IMG/VR virus record: IMGVR_UViG_3300020202_000062
Coordinates: 32,001 to 96,000 of that record
From: a virus
Reading direction: 5' to 3' (one strand)
DNA length: 64,000 nucleotides
Shown here: positions 18,717-29,631 of the stretch, one piece after another
Layout: every line of letters starts with the position of its first letter
Position numbering within the stretch: the stretch's first letter is position 1
The notes under the pieces: model-generated
Databases searched by the model: none
Seen by the model: the letters and a program-made list of their open reading frames with translations, nothing else
Told to the model about the DNA's origin: nothing
Position numbers and translations under genes: made by a program

Positions 18717-20651
18717 ATGCCGCAAATGATCTATATTGCATTCTGGTGTGACTATGGCGACTGGGCTTTTGATACAGATGAAGAGACCGGTGGTTGGCTA
18801 GGCTTCTCAACTGAAGAAGCGTGCCAAAAGAGGATCGATTATCTCAACGAGCGTGACGGGACCTATCGTGGTTCACCTCGCTGGAGCATTGAAGAGATAG
18901 AGGTTCGCAATGCCTGATATCATCAAGCCTACAGGAGACTACTTCTGGCAGTGTGGTGAGTGTGGTGTTCAGAGTCCTGAGGGCTCTGGTCTCTCCACCG
19001 AATATGATGCACAGCGTAGTTTATGGGCACACTACGATGAAGAGCATGAACTTCTTTGCGAACGCTGCGGCTACCCCGATAGTGGTGAATGGGGCGGACT
19101 ATTTCCCCTTACCGTAGAAGTAGGTGCATCGCATGAAGAAGGCTGGGAAAAATGGCAGCAATTCATGTGCGCCGACTGCTGGGATGAGATGCGAGATGAA
19201 CTAGAAAAGTTTGTCTATGAAGTATGGGGCATCGACAAGAAGAAACGCTTCGGCGGATGGTCTTTCCATGCCGAGTGGGAAGAGCGTGAGAACTCTAGGT
19301 ACAGATTATGAGAATATCTATATGGTGGCATAAACTAAAGGGCCACACCCTAGAGATGCGTAAGGTATCGGTGCCGCTCTTTGATATTTCTGCTCGTGGC
19401 GAACTATGGATCTGCTCGTGTAAGAAAAGATGGGCGCTATGACCTTCGAAGAAGAAGTCGACGCAGTCACCCCCGAAGAAGTGGGTATGGCCATCCTTAA
19501 GATGTTCAACGCTCTTCTGTTACTGTATAAGTTCGACGGCACGGTGCCCTCCTGGGATCCCGAGGCGGAACCAATTCAGGTCCCCTTTGCGGATACTGTA
19601 GACGAAGCAGTAGAGGCTTTCGATAAGCCTGCTCTTCGTCGCAAGTTAACACAATTACTATGGCCGAACGGATACAGGAACAGTGGCATACAAAGTCAAG
19701 GATCTTAAAGATCTACTAGAGGGCCTACCAGACGATATGATGGTCGTCCTGTCTAGTGATGGAGAGGGAAACTCTTTTAGTCCCTTAAGTGGATACTGGG
19801 ATGAAGGTTACTACATCCCGGATAGCACTTGGAGTGGCGATGTTCGTTCCCTTGAGGATATGGAGGATGAACACGACGAAGATTATTACGACGATGAAGA
19901 TCAGCCCGAGTTCAAACTGCCAGAAGACGCACAGAAAGTACTGGTCCTATGGCCTACGAACTAACTGACGAGGATCTACTTAGCCTCAAGTACACAGCCA
20001 TGGACATGGCAGAATACGAAGATGATAGTTGGTCATGTTGCGGCGAAGAACGTAGAGACCGAGTCTACAATTGGGAAGAAGTTGTTTCAGTTGTCATTAG
20101 GGAATACGAAAACATCAAGGCTAAAAATGCTGGTTGAGTTCCTGATAGGCACTGTGTCTTTATTGGCCGGAAGTCTTATATATGTTCTCTGGATGCTATA
20201 TCAGATAGCATCCTTGAAATGGCATCGACACCCACATGACCCAAACACCTACAGATATATTCAAGGACCACGATGAACACACCTAATTGCCCAGAGTGCG
20301 GTAACCCCATGGCCATCATGGGTAAAGGCGGCAATGAGAACAATGGCATGATCTGGTATTGTGACGGACCCAGTTGGGAACCACCGCGGCCAGGATGCTA
20401 CTACACAATGAGCGCCATGCAGGTTTCAACTTTCACTGGTGAGGTTTTCTAATGACCAAGTTCATCGAACTAAAGTGTCTTGTTTCAGACCCAGGAACCT
20501 TCAATCAAACCGAGAGAATGGTTTTAGTGTCTTTGGATCACATCTCTCACGTATTTCCTCATAGGAATCTCAAGGATAGATGTGTACTGGTCCTGAATAG
20601 TAGGATCAACATGGCCATAATGGAATCTTACAAAGATGTCACGAGAAAGTT

Positions 20652-20697
20652 AAAGAGGCTATCCCCTACTAAAGTCTAGGGGATAACCTCTTTTTTT
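20652..20697. terminator. Terminator between the convergent arms
   Basis: GAGGCTATCCCCT/AGGGGATAACCTC stem, T7 run on +, short A run upstream. Confidence 0.75.
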
Positions 20698-20719
20698 ATA
20701 TAAAACGGGGGGATGATAT

Positions 20720-20983
20720 TTACTCTTGCTGTTTATTCTCCTCGTGCACTAGCACCTGTGCGCCCACGACAATGCCGATTCCTGTCATTGTGAGAGCAAA
20801 GGCACTCATTTCATAGATGAGCAATTGTTCGCCGCTGAAGGGTCCGTATACCATGAGTGGCAATGACAAGAGTACTAGTATTACACCCATCCTGAGTTGA
20901 GCATGGGCCGATAGTGAATGTAGGAGCCAATTACCAACCTTGTCAATATACTTCATCATTAGAAACAGACCCCCATCATACAT
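20720..20983 (-). CDS. Small membrane protein (2 TM)
   Basis: Two hydrophobic segments; downstream of endolysin. Confidence 0.55.
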   Translation of the reverse strand: MYDGGLFLMMKYIDKVGNWLLHSLSAHAQLRMGVILVLLSLPLMVYGPFSGEQLLIYEMSAFALTMTGIGIVVGAQVLVHEENKQQE

Positions 20984-21378
20984 ACTACTGTACCGTCTGG
21001 TTGTTCTGGTTCTTCTGGGTCATCCGGCGCTGGCTCAGGTTCTGGTTCTGTCACCGGCGCTGGCTGCGTCGTCGGGGGAGTCTGCTCTTCTTGGACAGGA
21101 GCAGAGCGGCCAGAACCACTATCACTGTCCCTGACAATAAAAGTGACGTTGGACTCCTCTGAATCTTCTTCCTGTTCATCCGCAGTTTCCTCCTCTGTTG
21201 GGTTTACTGTGGTTGTGGTAGTTCCGATACCAACTTGCTCTAGTCTGTCTTGCGCTAGAGCAAGATCATTCTTGGTCTCTGCGTACCGGTTTCCCACTAT
21301 GTAGGAAGATACCATCATGAATATGATGAAGATAACTATCGCCAATTCTCGCTTTGGTGTCAGTACTGCGTGAGCCAT
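20959..21378 (-). CDS. Membrane-anchored protein with acidic Pro/Thr-rich tail
   Basis: N-terminal TM segment; PEPEPEP stretch. Confidence 0.55.
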   Translation of the reverse strand: MAHAVLTPKRELAIVIFIIFMMVSSYIVGNRYAETKNDLALAQDRLEQVGIGTTTTTVNPTEEETADEQEEDSEESNVTFIVRDSDSGSGRSAPVQEEQTPPTTQPAPVTEPEPEPAPDDPEEPEQPDGTVVCMMGVCF

Positions 21379-21459
21379 AATCGTACCCTCCTACTATGAC
21401 TAGTACTAACTAACTACCAATTCAATAGTTTTTTTAAACCTTCATCTTAGATGCCTGGC

Positions 21460-22275
21460 TTACTTAAAGACGTATGTGCCACCATCTTCAGCAAAGAGGA
21501 CGTATCCGTAGTATACCCCAGAACTATTTGTCAGTAACTCGAAACCACAAATAGGCTTGTTTAGGGTAATTCCCTTTGATGGAACGTCTCCTCGTAGCAC
21601 ATTGTTTCCTGCTACCTGATTGTAGGCATGGACTGTTCCGTCTGGCTTTACAGCGATGAACGTAAGCCTTCCATTGCTCTGTAGTTGTGCTCCTGGAACC
21701 ATTCTAGCCCCAATGTACTGTCCTGTCATCATTGCCTCCTGTGGCGTCTTTGCTAGTCTAATTGCTACTTCTCTGCGGAAGTCGTTCATGTCGATACCAT
21801 ATGGATCGATTTTTCTGGTCGGTGCCCATTCCTTGTGGCCGCATGTATAACTGGCATCGTTTCCAATTCCATCCAGCATTGCTGCTACAATTCTGTAGTA
21901 TGCTTCCAACTGAACCAGTGGCCAAGGCTCACCCCTACCGTCGTTGGCTGCTTCGATCCCTAGCGCCTGAGTGTTTAGAGTGAAGCCCTTCCATGATCCG
22001 GCACCGGCATGGTTTGCCTTACCTGATGCCACCATGTAGGCGGTGCCATCGCGACCTAGATACACCTGACACAGCGGTCCTGGCAGGTCAGACCTTCCGA
22101 CCGTAACCAGCCTCAAGCCTGGGGCGCTCGCTGGCCCTGCGATAGCGTCATGGTGTACAATTACTACTTCTGGATTGAGTGTGGCATCGCCACGGGTCGT
22201 CCAGCCATCAACGAGTTGTACTTTAACACCGTACTCTCTCATCTTATCTGGAAGCCATAAAACTCTTCCGCTCAT
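21460..22275 (-). CDS. Endolysin, N-acetylmuramoyl-L-alanine amidase (Amidase_2)
   Basis: 'IVHHD', 'GPLC', 'ANHAG.GSW', 'GIEA', 'GHKEWAPTRKIDP'. Confidence 0.92.
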   Translation of the reverse strand: MSGRVLWLPDKMREYGVKVQLVDGWTTRGDATLNPEVVIVHHDAIAGPASAPGLRLVTVGRSDLPGPLCQVYLGRDGTAYMVASGKANHAGAGSWKGFTLNTQALGIEAANDGRGEPWPLVQLEAYYRIVAAMLDGIGNDASYTCGHKEWAPTRKIDPYGIDMNDFRREVAIRLAKTPQEAMMTGQYIGARMVPGAQLQSNGRLTFIAVKPDGTVHAYNQVAGNNVLRGDVPSKGITLNKPICGFELLTNSSGVYYGYVLFAEDGGTYVFK

Positions 22276-22337
22276 ATTTATCCCCTTCGTTCGAATACAC
22301 TACAGATAGTAACCACAAAGGTGGTATAATGGTTGAC

Positions 22338-23138
22338 ATGAATACACGATACTTTGACCAAGAACAGCCAATTGTTGTGGGACTCTTAGGTAATGCTGGT
22401 GCCGGGAAGACTAGTACCGCAGATGCCATTGTTCCTCAATCTCTTATCGCTTCTGAGGGTGTCGTAAGGTGGGATCATTTAGTATTGGCTACGCCACTCT
22501 ATGAAATGGTTACGACCAAGCGAATGACCACTGGAGAGATAAAGGGTAAAGAGAGGCAACTATATGCTCTCCATGACCTACTGGTAGATCTATTCGGTGG
22601 CAGCCCACTATATGGTGCACCCGACTATGACGATTTAGTAGATCTAGTCCGCTACATCCAAGGTGTCCCAGTGCCACTAGAAGGCAAACCCAGGACATTC
22701 ATGCAGAGTGTAGCAACCCTGTGCCGAGAATATGATCCAGACTGCTTTGCTAACAGAGTTCGCAAGACAGTGATGAAGCAGAACCTCCACTATCAAGAAC
22801 AGGACCTATTCTATGCGGCGCTTGTTTCTGATGTCAGGTTCATCAATGAAGTAAGCATGATTAAGAAGCAGCCAAATGGCGTAGTTATCAAGTTAGATGC
22901 TTCGCCTGAAGTCCGTGCTGCAAGGATCGAGAAGCGTGACGGTAAGGCTATGACTGCCGAAGAGTTGAGCCATGAGTCTGAGAAACTCGACATCCCCGAA
23001 GAGATGATTGATCTTCATATTGACACCGATCCGATTGGGATCCAGGATGTTGCCACCGCCGTCAAAAAGGCGTTGTTTGACATCTTCCCTGGTTTCCAGG
23101 ATCTAACCGTAACAGAGGAAGAATTAACGAATGCCTAA
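22338..23138 (+). CDS. Deoxynucleoside monophosphate kinase
   Basis: 'GNAGAGKT', 'KPRTFMQ', 'SDVRFINE', 'HESE'; start set at ATG 22338, 7 nt after TGGTATAAT. Confidence 0.85.
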   Translation: MNTRYFDQEQPIVVGLLGNAGAGKTSTADAIVPQSLIASEGVVRWDHLVLATPLYEMVTTKRMTTGEIKGKERQLYALHDLLVDLFGGSPLYGAPDYDDLVDLVRYIQGVPVPLEGKPRTFMQSVATLCREYDPDCFANRVRKTVMKQNLHYQEQDLFYAALVSDVRFINEVSMIKKQPNGVVIKLDASPEVRAARIEKRDGKAMTAEELSHESEKLDIPEEMIDLHIDTDPIGIQDVATAVKKALFDIFPGFQDLTVTEEELTNA

Positions 23139-23627
23139 CCAGTCAGTAGATGCAGCAGAGCAGGTAGAAGGGAACTTTGTAATACAAGAGTTCGAACGTG
23201 TTCTGCCTAACATCGTAGTGTCAGGTGTGCCGATCCTTACATCGGGCATCAACCGCAAGATTAACATCGGCAACTATGAGAACATCGATGTGTTCGCCGC
23301 TATTTCATTACCACTCCCCGAGACGAGCCTAGAAGAAGTAGAGGCCCTTAAAGAGATTGTGGCTATGGCTGCGGAACTAGGATTCTCTATGATGGCTAAG
23401 GAAATCAACGCACGTTATGCGGCCATCAAAGAACTACAGTCGCCACGTAAGACAGAGGATGAAGCGGCTACTTAACCACTACAACAGTATCAACCTTCGT
23501 CTTTAGACGATTAGTTGTTTGCCTAAGGGAATGAGTTACACTTTCTAACTGTTCCCTTAGGCTTTTTAGTTCTTCTAGGTCTTTTTCAGGTGACTCAGTC
23601 TTAGGCTTATTCCAGATAAACATAAGG

Positions 23628-23966
23628 TTATACTCTCTTTCTGAGTTCCTTCCGATTATCAGAAATTTCCTCGACCACGTCATGCATCACTTGATTCAAC
23701 TGCACTAGGGCAGGAACGATTTCTTTTCTGATGTTTTCGTTTAGAGTTTTTACTTCTACTTGAAGTTCTGAGTTCTCTTGGCGTAGGCGATCACGTTCGC
23801 CTGTGGTAGTGAGTTTGTCGAAGATAACGAGCAGGAGCACAACGCCAAATGGGCCGCCATGTGTAATGTATGTGACCCAATCGATGTCTGCGGGAGAGCT
23901 AGCCTGACCAAGAATTGAGACTACTCCCCAAACTGCTGTAATTGCTAGCGAGATAGCATATACCAT
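23628..23966 (-). CDS. Holin-like membrane/coiled-coil protein
   Basis: Two TM segments plus a coiled-coil C-terminus. Confidence 0.4.
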   Translation of the reverse strand: MVYAISLAITAVWGVVSILGQASSPADIDWVTYITHGGPFGVVLLLVIFDKLTTTGERDRLRQENSELQVEVKTLNENIRKEIVPALVQLNQVMHDVVEEISDNRKELRKRV

Positions 23967-24613
23967 TTGAGGTTCCTAACGTTAAGGTGTCTTTGGATAT
24001 ATTCTGAAATTTACTGTAGTCCAACTACGAGAGACACCATTCGGCTCATCTGCTGGAGTTTCAACTCCCGTTATACGCCAAACAACATACTCTTTACCTT
24101 GTTCAAAGAACACACTAGAACGTTCTTCCACTTCCTTAGGTATAACGTTCTGATATATTTTCTCTACACAGCCCGGATCTCTAGTGCCTATGCCTTCTCC
24201 ACTCGCATAAGCACCACCCGGAGGCTCTACCGAAACCCAGGAAGAGCGACCTTCTACAGTTACTGGGTTGTTTGTATTATTACACTTGGTACCCACAACC
24301 TCTACTGTATCTCCCAACCTTAGAGCAGGAACATCCACGCCTGGTAACCTGTTCATAACTTCTTGAACTGGATACTCTCCAAGTGGGTCATACTGATCTG
24401 GTTGCGCGCTTAGGCGCAAGAAATAAAGTTGCCCCACAATAAGTAGGGCCACCAGGAAGAGTCTCAGTGACCAGTTGGTTGCCTTTGGTGTAGAAGGAGT
24501 GCTGCTCTCCTTGCCACCGTTGTAAATTCTGTTGTACACAGCCTCTTCGGATGTTGCCCCTAATGACATAGAAACTCCTAGACCAATAAGAAAAAGAAAC
24601 TACATACAATAGT

Positions 24614-24644
24614 AAAAGGGACAAGCCAAAAAAGAGCCTGTCCC
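24614..24644 (-). terminator. Intrinsic terminator (minus strand)
   Basis: GGGACAAGC/GCCTGTCCC stem with A run on the + side. Confidence 0.55.
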
Positions 24645-24921
24645 TATATAAATCTATCTAGCTATGACATGACTATTTTAGTAGAATCACCAAGATAGTA
24701 CTGTCCCAAGTCTAAGATTTAAGCATCTGCCCTAAGTACGTCTGCCGCTGACCTGTATAGCGTAGTGCCCGATGGCGACCCATATGTAACAATTGGGTTT
24801 GTCGAGGAAGAATTAGAGGTCGTCCAAATTGCATTGGCATTCAGTGTACCTGAATTATCAATGGTAAAACCTGGGCTAGTCAATGTCTTTACACTACCGC
24901 TAGGAGTTGCGACAGACCTCT

Positions 24922-25254
24922 TTAGAAAGGGCGAACGATTACCTCTACACGGGTTAGATCGTCTACGTACTCTTCTGGAATTGCACGTGCTGCCAGCAAT
25001 GTTGCGGCATTCTGGTCAGAAGCGAGAACGCGGGTTACGTCTACGATAAGATCTGACTTACCCTTCTCACCCTCTTCTGGATGCAGTACTACTGCGTATT
25101 CAAATAACTTCACTTTGTTTCCTCTTTTTGCTTTCTTTATACTGTCCCACCAATCAGGTGGCATAGCGTTCAATGTCTGTAGGAGTATGCTAGCCTGTAA
25201 AGCGGTTGCTTCACGGTCTCTTTGGCGTTGCGTAATTGTTCCACAAAACGACAT
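24922..25254 (-). CDS. Small phage protein ending RPF; probable -1 frameshift extension to 24719
   Basis: Ends CGC CCT TTC TAA; the -1 frame is open for 68 codons; possible internal GTG start at 25113. Confidence 0.7.
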   Translation of the reverse strand: MSFCGTITQRQRDREATALQASILLQTLNAMPPDWWDSIKKAKRGNKVKLFEYAVVLHPEEGEKGKSDLIVDVTRVLASDQNAATLLAARAIPEEYVDDLTRVEVIVRPF

Positions 25255-26268
25255 CTACTTAACCCTTATATCGTGTGGAGCAGATTCTATCACACCATGA
25301 GGGGTTACACCAATCAGTTGTGCTTTCTCTTTGAACTCTGGGAGCGTGTGTGCACCCACATAAGACATTGCACTTCTTAGTCCGCCCATCAGGTAGTTGA
25401 TAACTTCTTTTACTGAGCCTCTATATGGTACAAATCCACTGACACCCTCAGCATGTTCTCTGCCGCTGGCTTCTGTAGACGCCATGCCACGGTAAGCCTT
25501 GACCTTTTCACCATCCAGTTCGATCACCTCACCAGGGGCTTCATCGGTCCCTGCAAATAGACTACCGATCATAACCACATCTGCACCAGCGGCAAAGGCT
25601 TTGGCTAGGTCACCTGGGTTGCGGATTCCACCGTCAGCGATGATTGATACATCAGCAAACTTTGCGGCCTCAGCGCAATCCATAATAGCAGTAACCTGAG
25701 GCACACCTACGCCAGTCATGACGCGGGTAGAGCATGCTGCTCCTGGGCCAATGCCGACCTTAACAGCATGAGCACCTGCACTAGCCATTGAAAATACGGC
25801 CTTGCCTGTGGCTACATTACCGGCCACAATCCAGACATTGTCTGCGTACTTGTTTGCGATGTACTCTATTGTATGCAAAGCATGCTGGGAATGGCCATGG
25901 GCAATGTCGAAGACAATAGAAGAAACCCCAGCATCCACTAGAGCATCGATTCTGTCGTAATCTTTAACCCCTACGGCAGCGCCTACAGCGAGGCCATCGT
26001 CGGCTAGGAACTTAACCTTCTTCACTTGCTTCGCTGCGTACATGTTCCTATGGATAATACCTAAGCCACCGTTGTAAGCCATGGTTGCAGCCATCGCCCC
26101 TTCGGTTACTGTGTCCATGTTAGCAGAGATAAGTGGGATCTGAAGATGAACAAACTTATCGCCTGCCTTCATCTTGGATGAAACGTCGCAATTGCTTCTT
26201 GATGCCACGGTTGAAAACTCGGGCACGATAAGAACGTCATCGAATGACAATCCCATACGTAGTGACAT
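25255..26268 (-). CDS. IMP dehydrogenase/GMP reductase family (no CBS domains)
   Basis: '[10 protein letters not shown]', 'SANMDTVTE', '[13 protein letters not shown]', 'IADGGI', 'YRGMAS'. Confidence 0.93.
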   Translation of the reverse strand: MSLRMGLSFDDVLIVPEFSTVASRSNCDVSSKMKAGDKFVHLQIPLISANMDTVTEGAMAATMAYNGGLGIIHRNMYAAKQVKKVKFLADDGLAVGAAVGVKDYDRIDALVDAGVSSIVFDIAHGHSQHALHTIEYIANKYADNVWIVAGNVATGKAVFSMASAGAHAVKVGIGPGAACSTRVMTGVGVPQVTAIMDCAEAAKFADVSIIADGGIRNPGDLAKAFAAGADVVMIGSLFAGTDEAPGEVIELDGEKVKAYRGMASTEASGREHAEGVSGFVPYRGSVKEVINYLMGGLRSAMSYVGAHTLPEFKEKAQLIGVTPHGVIESAPHDIRVK

Positions 26269-26300
26269 AGTTCTTCCTCTCTTTAACAGAGGTAAGTTTA

Positions 26301-27146
26301 TCAGATGAGACCCTCGGCTACAAGTGCTTCGCGCACCTTTAGTCCGATCTTCTTGAAGTGCTCACGAACTGTGTTGGGATGCTCTGTGATCCTGTGTGCT
26401 ATGTCGGATGATTTCTGACCATCTACATACTTCCACTTAAGTAGCTGACGCTCCTGCATATTGAGAATGTCGAACGGGAACATAGCAGTATCGCCTATGA
26501 CCCAGAACTCATCGATGTCCTCTGCTCCTATCAGATCCTCCGCTGAAGGCTCTGACGGCCCCTGGAAGCCCTGTGGCTTGTCGTCTGTCTCACCGTCGCC
26601 AAAGTCTTCATCTGTTATTAGTGGGAATGTATTACGACCGTTCTGGTCGATTAAGAATACGTCTACATTCCTCTTCAGCTTGTAGAAGAAATAGCGGTAT
26701 AAGAATCCACTGAACGGTACGTGACCTCCAGCCTTAGATTCCTTACGCTTGTAAATGCTCACACATTCAAAGAGTGTCATGTTAACAGTCTGACGGATAT
26801 CTTCTTCGTCACCGTAACGCTGCACCATGTAATGGATACCACGTACTGTCTCGTTTACATGCTTGTGTCCCTTGGCATTGAGTTTGTTCTTGCGAAGGTA
26901 CATACCAACCATCTTATCAGTAACATACAGGCTGATGAACTGGCGAGCATCGTAGTCGGACAGTTTGTACTTGGCGTAATAGATTAGATTGACCCATTTG
27001 GTCAAGAAATTGGCGAAGATGTCGAGTAGTTGCTGTTGCGCTACCCCATCCCCGGCTTTCACCCTAGCGATAAGAGCCTGCATCTCTTCTTCTTCTAGGT
27101 TGTAGTAGGTTTCCTTAAAGGCTGGCTTCTTTTTGACTTCGGGCAT
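26301..27146 (-). CDS. Phage RNA polymerase sigma-like factor
   Basis: Region-2-like 'EDIRQ...F...FSGFL'; region-4 HTH 'LNMQERQLLKWKYVDGQKSSDIAHRITEHPNTVR'; start set at ATG of MPEVKK. Confidence 0.7.
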   Translation of the reverse strand: MPEVKKKPAFKETYYNLEEEEMQALIARVKAGDGVAQQQLLDIFANFLTKWVNLIYYAKYKLSDYDARQFISLYVTDKMVGMYLRKNKLNAKGHKHVNETVRGIHYMVQRYGDEEDIRQTVNMTLFECVSIYKRKESKAGGHVPFSGFLYRYFFYKLKRNVDVFLIDQNGRNTFPLITDEDFGDGETDDKPQGFQGPSEPSAEDLIGAEDIDEFWVIGDTAMFPFDILNMQERQLLKWKYVDGQKSSDIAHRITEHPNTVREHFKKIGLKVREALVAEGLI

Positions 27147-27564
27147 CCCTGTATCCTTGGGCGTTAATGCGACTACACTCTCTACAGAATCTATGCCGCG
27201 CTGTATTGTAATAAGTATTATCTTCGGTGTATTCGTGCCCCTTAGGGCAGTGTGTGATGAGTCTCTTACCTCTAGAAACATTCTCTTTGCATGTTACCGC
27301 TTCTAGATGCTCTGGCCTTACACACTTCCTGTTCCTGCACAAATGATCAATATGCAATCCGTCTGGTATGGGTCCAAAAGACAATTCATACGATACTCTA
27401 TGAGCGTATTTGTTTTTTGACTTCCCATTCTCACGAACCATGAACTGACCGTAACCGGTAGGTTGACATGACGCCGTCCAAATCCAGCAGGCATCTGTTC
27501 TGTCTACCTTAGACCAAAATCTATCTGGCTTAGGCTTAGTGGTAGACATTATTGGCCTTCCCAT
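27115..27564 (-). CDS. HNH endonuclease
   Basis: 'RFWSKVD', 'CWIW', 'AHRVSYE', 'IDHLCRNRKCVRPEHLEAVT..EN'. Confidence 0.92.
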   Translation of the reverse strand: MGRPIMSTTKPKPDRFWSKVDRTDACWIWTASCQPTGYGQFMVRENGKSKNKYAHRVSYELSFGPIPDGLHIDHLCRNRKCVRPEHLEAVTCKENVSRGKRLITHCPKGHEYTEDNTYYNTARHRFCRECSRINAQGYRDARSQKEASL

Positions 27565-28154
27565 GTAGGTATACGATCTTTGTACTCTTTCCTCATATCC
27601 TGGTAATACATAAGGATTGGAATCCCTAGACGCTTGAAGAACTTATCTGCCTTAGTGCCCTTCTCGCAGATAGCATATAGTTTGGCAAACTCTTCGGGGT
27701 AATTCTCTTTAAACCCCATCAACTTAGAGAACGTGCCTGGCATAACGCGACCCTTTACCTCTACCCAGATCTCTTCTCCTTCATAGTCGAGTATGTGGAA
27801 GTCGGGTAGATAGGCCACAGCAGAATTCTTAGGTCTGTCGAATTCAAATAACTTACTCTCGTATTCCCACTTGATCTTATTCAACTTCAGAACTCTTGCA
27901 AAGTTCCTCTCCCATCCGCTACGATACACCGTCTTCCCCAGGTCTGGGGCAGTACCGGCTCCGATACGTCGGGGCTTGCTAGAAACTTTTACGGTTTTGA
28001 TTTGACTTTCCCTAGAGAGAGCGAGTATTCTGCTCCGCACTGAGGTTTCCGACCGGTTAGGAAGAATGAGGGCCAGATCTGAGACAGTAAGAAGTCCCGC
28101 ATTTCTGCGGATGATTTCATCTTCTCGTTTGGTCCACGCCCTTCTTCTAGCCAT
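27549..28154 (-). CDS. HTH + PD-(D/E)XK endonuclease
   Basis: 'YRSGWERNFA', 'WEYE', 'YLPDF', 'VEVKG'. Confidence 0.8.
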   Translation of the reverse strand: MARRRAWTKREDEIIRRNAGLLTVSDLALILPNRSETSVRSRILALSRESQIKTVKVSSKPRRIGAGTAPDLGKTVYRSGWERNFARVLKLNKIKWEYESKLFEFDRPKNSAVAYLPDFHILDYEGEEIWVEVKGRVMPGTFSKLMGFKENYPEEFAKLYAICEKGTKADKFFKRLGIPILMYYQDMRKEYKDRIPTWEGQ

Positions 28155-28189
28155 AGTGAGTATCCTTAAGTGTTAGTTAATATAACTAC

Positions 28190-28266
28190 AGAATACAGTA
28201 GTCACAGAAAAAAGTCAAAAAAAGATACATTTCAACTTGCAAAGACCCATATAAAGGTAGTAAAGT
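28190..28266. promoter_or_regulatory. Divergent promoters
   Basis: Minus: TTGACT-N17-TATTCT (28218-28190). Plus: TTGCAA-N18-TAAAGT (28237-28266). Confidence 0.55.
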
Positions 28267-28273
28267 AACCGAC

Positions 28274-28483
28274 ATGAACACATTAGACAACTTCACATCA
28301 TCAATCGCAACCGAAATCCTAGACAATGTCTACACGACTTTGATTGACGCAGGACTCGACCCAGGTGTCGCTTACCAGCGTGCATTCAACTCAGACTATG
28401 ACTTTGCTCTAGACTTGGCAGAGAACCCAGTCTCAGCAGAAGAGGCCGAGGACGAGTTAGACGCTTGGGTTCCTAGCGTCTAA
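28274..28483 (+). CDS. Small acidic protein, probably from a leaderless mRNA
   Basis: ATG 7 nt after the -10 hexamer; lone + strand gene. Confidence 0.55.
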   Translation: MNTLDNFTSSIATEILDNVYTTLIDAGLDPGVAYQRAFNSDYDFALDLAENPVSAEEAEDELDAWVPSV

Positions 28484-29273
28484 TCTCTACCCTTGAAGCC
28501 CTAGCCGTCCCTGTCGAACATACCCCGTTGTTAAAGTCACACCAGGAGCAGATTCGTTTATTAGACGTGGTATGAAAATGCCGTTTGTTTACAATCTCGG
28601 CAGTAATTTCCAACAACCTAGACTCAACTTCATCAAGGTCACTCCTGCTAAAGGTGTGGCCTTTTTGAGCGCCCGAGCGCAAGTAGTAAAGGTTGGCCGT
28701 AACGGGCTTGCCTCCGAAGATCTTGTCTGCTGCTAGAGCATAGATACCTAACTGTAGATTCTTGGGGGCTCCTTTTTTGGATACCTCATGCTTACCGGTC
28801 TTGTAGTCGGTGATGACAATCCTATCGTCGTACTCGTCTACACGGTCGATAAATCCGTTGATAAGAGCAGAGCCTACCACAATTGAGAACGGCATCTCTT
28901 TACTGTGAATGGGGATCTCATCGTCTTGATGGCGATCAGCAAACTCAGTAAGGATCTGCTTGCCTACCTCTATTAGTTCTTGGCCTACCTGATCGTCTGG
29001 ATCCCACTTAGGTACCTGGGCTTCAAACTCTTCCATCAGTTGTTCTAGAGTGAACTTCTCATTAGGCTGTAAACGTTCCTCTAGGGTGCTATGAACTATG
29101 TTACCAAGGGTAGCAGCAGCGCCGAACTGACGCGGCTCCTTAACGATGTAGGTGTAGTAATACTTAGCCCAGCATCCAAAACTACCGTAGACTGTCTCGA
29201 TCCTCGTGTTGCTCATGTCGATCAGGCTCAATCGCTCCAGATCGCTTACTTCCTCCAGCAGCCTTACTGCCAT
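28473..29273 (-). CDS. Cas4/RecB-like PD-(D/E)XK exonuclease
   Basis: 'GNIVHSTLE', 'GFIDRVD', 'ITDYKTG', 'QLGIYA', C-terminal CSWC..C. Confidence 0.9.
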   Translation of the reverse strand: MAVRLLEEVSDLERLSLIDMSNTRIETVYGSFGCWAKYYYTYIVKEPRQFGAAATLGNIVHSTLEERLQPNEKFTLEQLMEEFEAQVPKWDPDDQVGQELIEVGKQILTEFADRHQDDEIPIHSKEMPFSIVVGSALINGFIDRVDEYDDRIVITDYKTGKHEVSKKGAPKNLQLGIYALAADKIFGGKPVTANLYYLRSGAQKGHTFSRSDLDEVESRLLEITAEIVNKRHFHTTSNKRICSWCDFNNGVCSTGTARASRVEIRR

Positions 29274-29631
29274 ATGTTCTCCCTGTTAGGTACTCAACTA
29301 GTTTTGGATTGTTCTGTAGCGCATTTAGTAGTCCTGCTGTCATCGTGGATACGATACGCTCTTCTAGGCCCGAATCAAAGTTCTGTGGACCTCCAGCCTG
29401 CGCCCATACAACATGCAGTGTCTCATGCAGTAATGTATCCTGCATACACTCATGCGTCTGGTCTGGATCTAAGAGGATTCTTCCTCCCCTGTAGTCCATG
29501 TATCCAAAGACCTCATGCTCGTCATGTTTACGAGCGAACTCATAGTAGTCTTCCTTGTCGGAACTTACTTCAAACTTCATAGGCCCGACAACTAATGTCT
29601 TTGGGTGAGGTAATACTTCCTGCTTAGGCAT
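29182..29631 (-). CDS. HExxH metallopeptidase-like protein
   Basis: 'DTLLHETLH', 'EERIV'. Confidence 0.6.
   Translation of the reverse strand: MPKQEVLPHPKTLVVGPMKFEVSSDKEDYYEFARKHDEHEVFGYMDYRGGRILLDPDQTHECMQDTLLHETLHVVWAQAGGPQNFDSGLEERIVSTMTAGLLNALQNNPKLVEYLTGRTYGSKAAGGSKRSGAIEPDRHEQHEDRDSLR

Noticed and set aside
24765-25049. Plus-strand 94-aa ORF
   Set aside because: It is antisense to a coherent minus-strand operon, and the region is better explained by the -1 frameshift extension.
28473-29273. CRISPR-Cas locus suggested by the Cas4-like gene
   Set aside because: No repeat-spacer array or other cas genes are in the window; stand-alone Cas4-like nucleases are common in phages.
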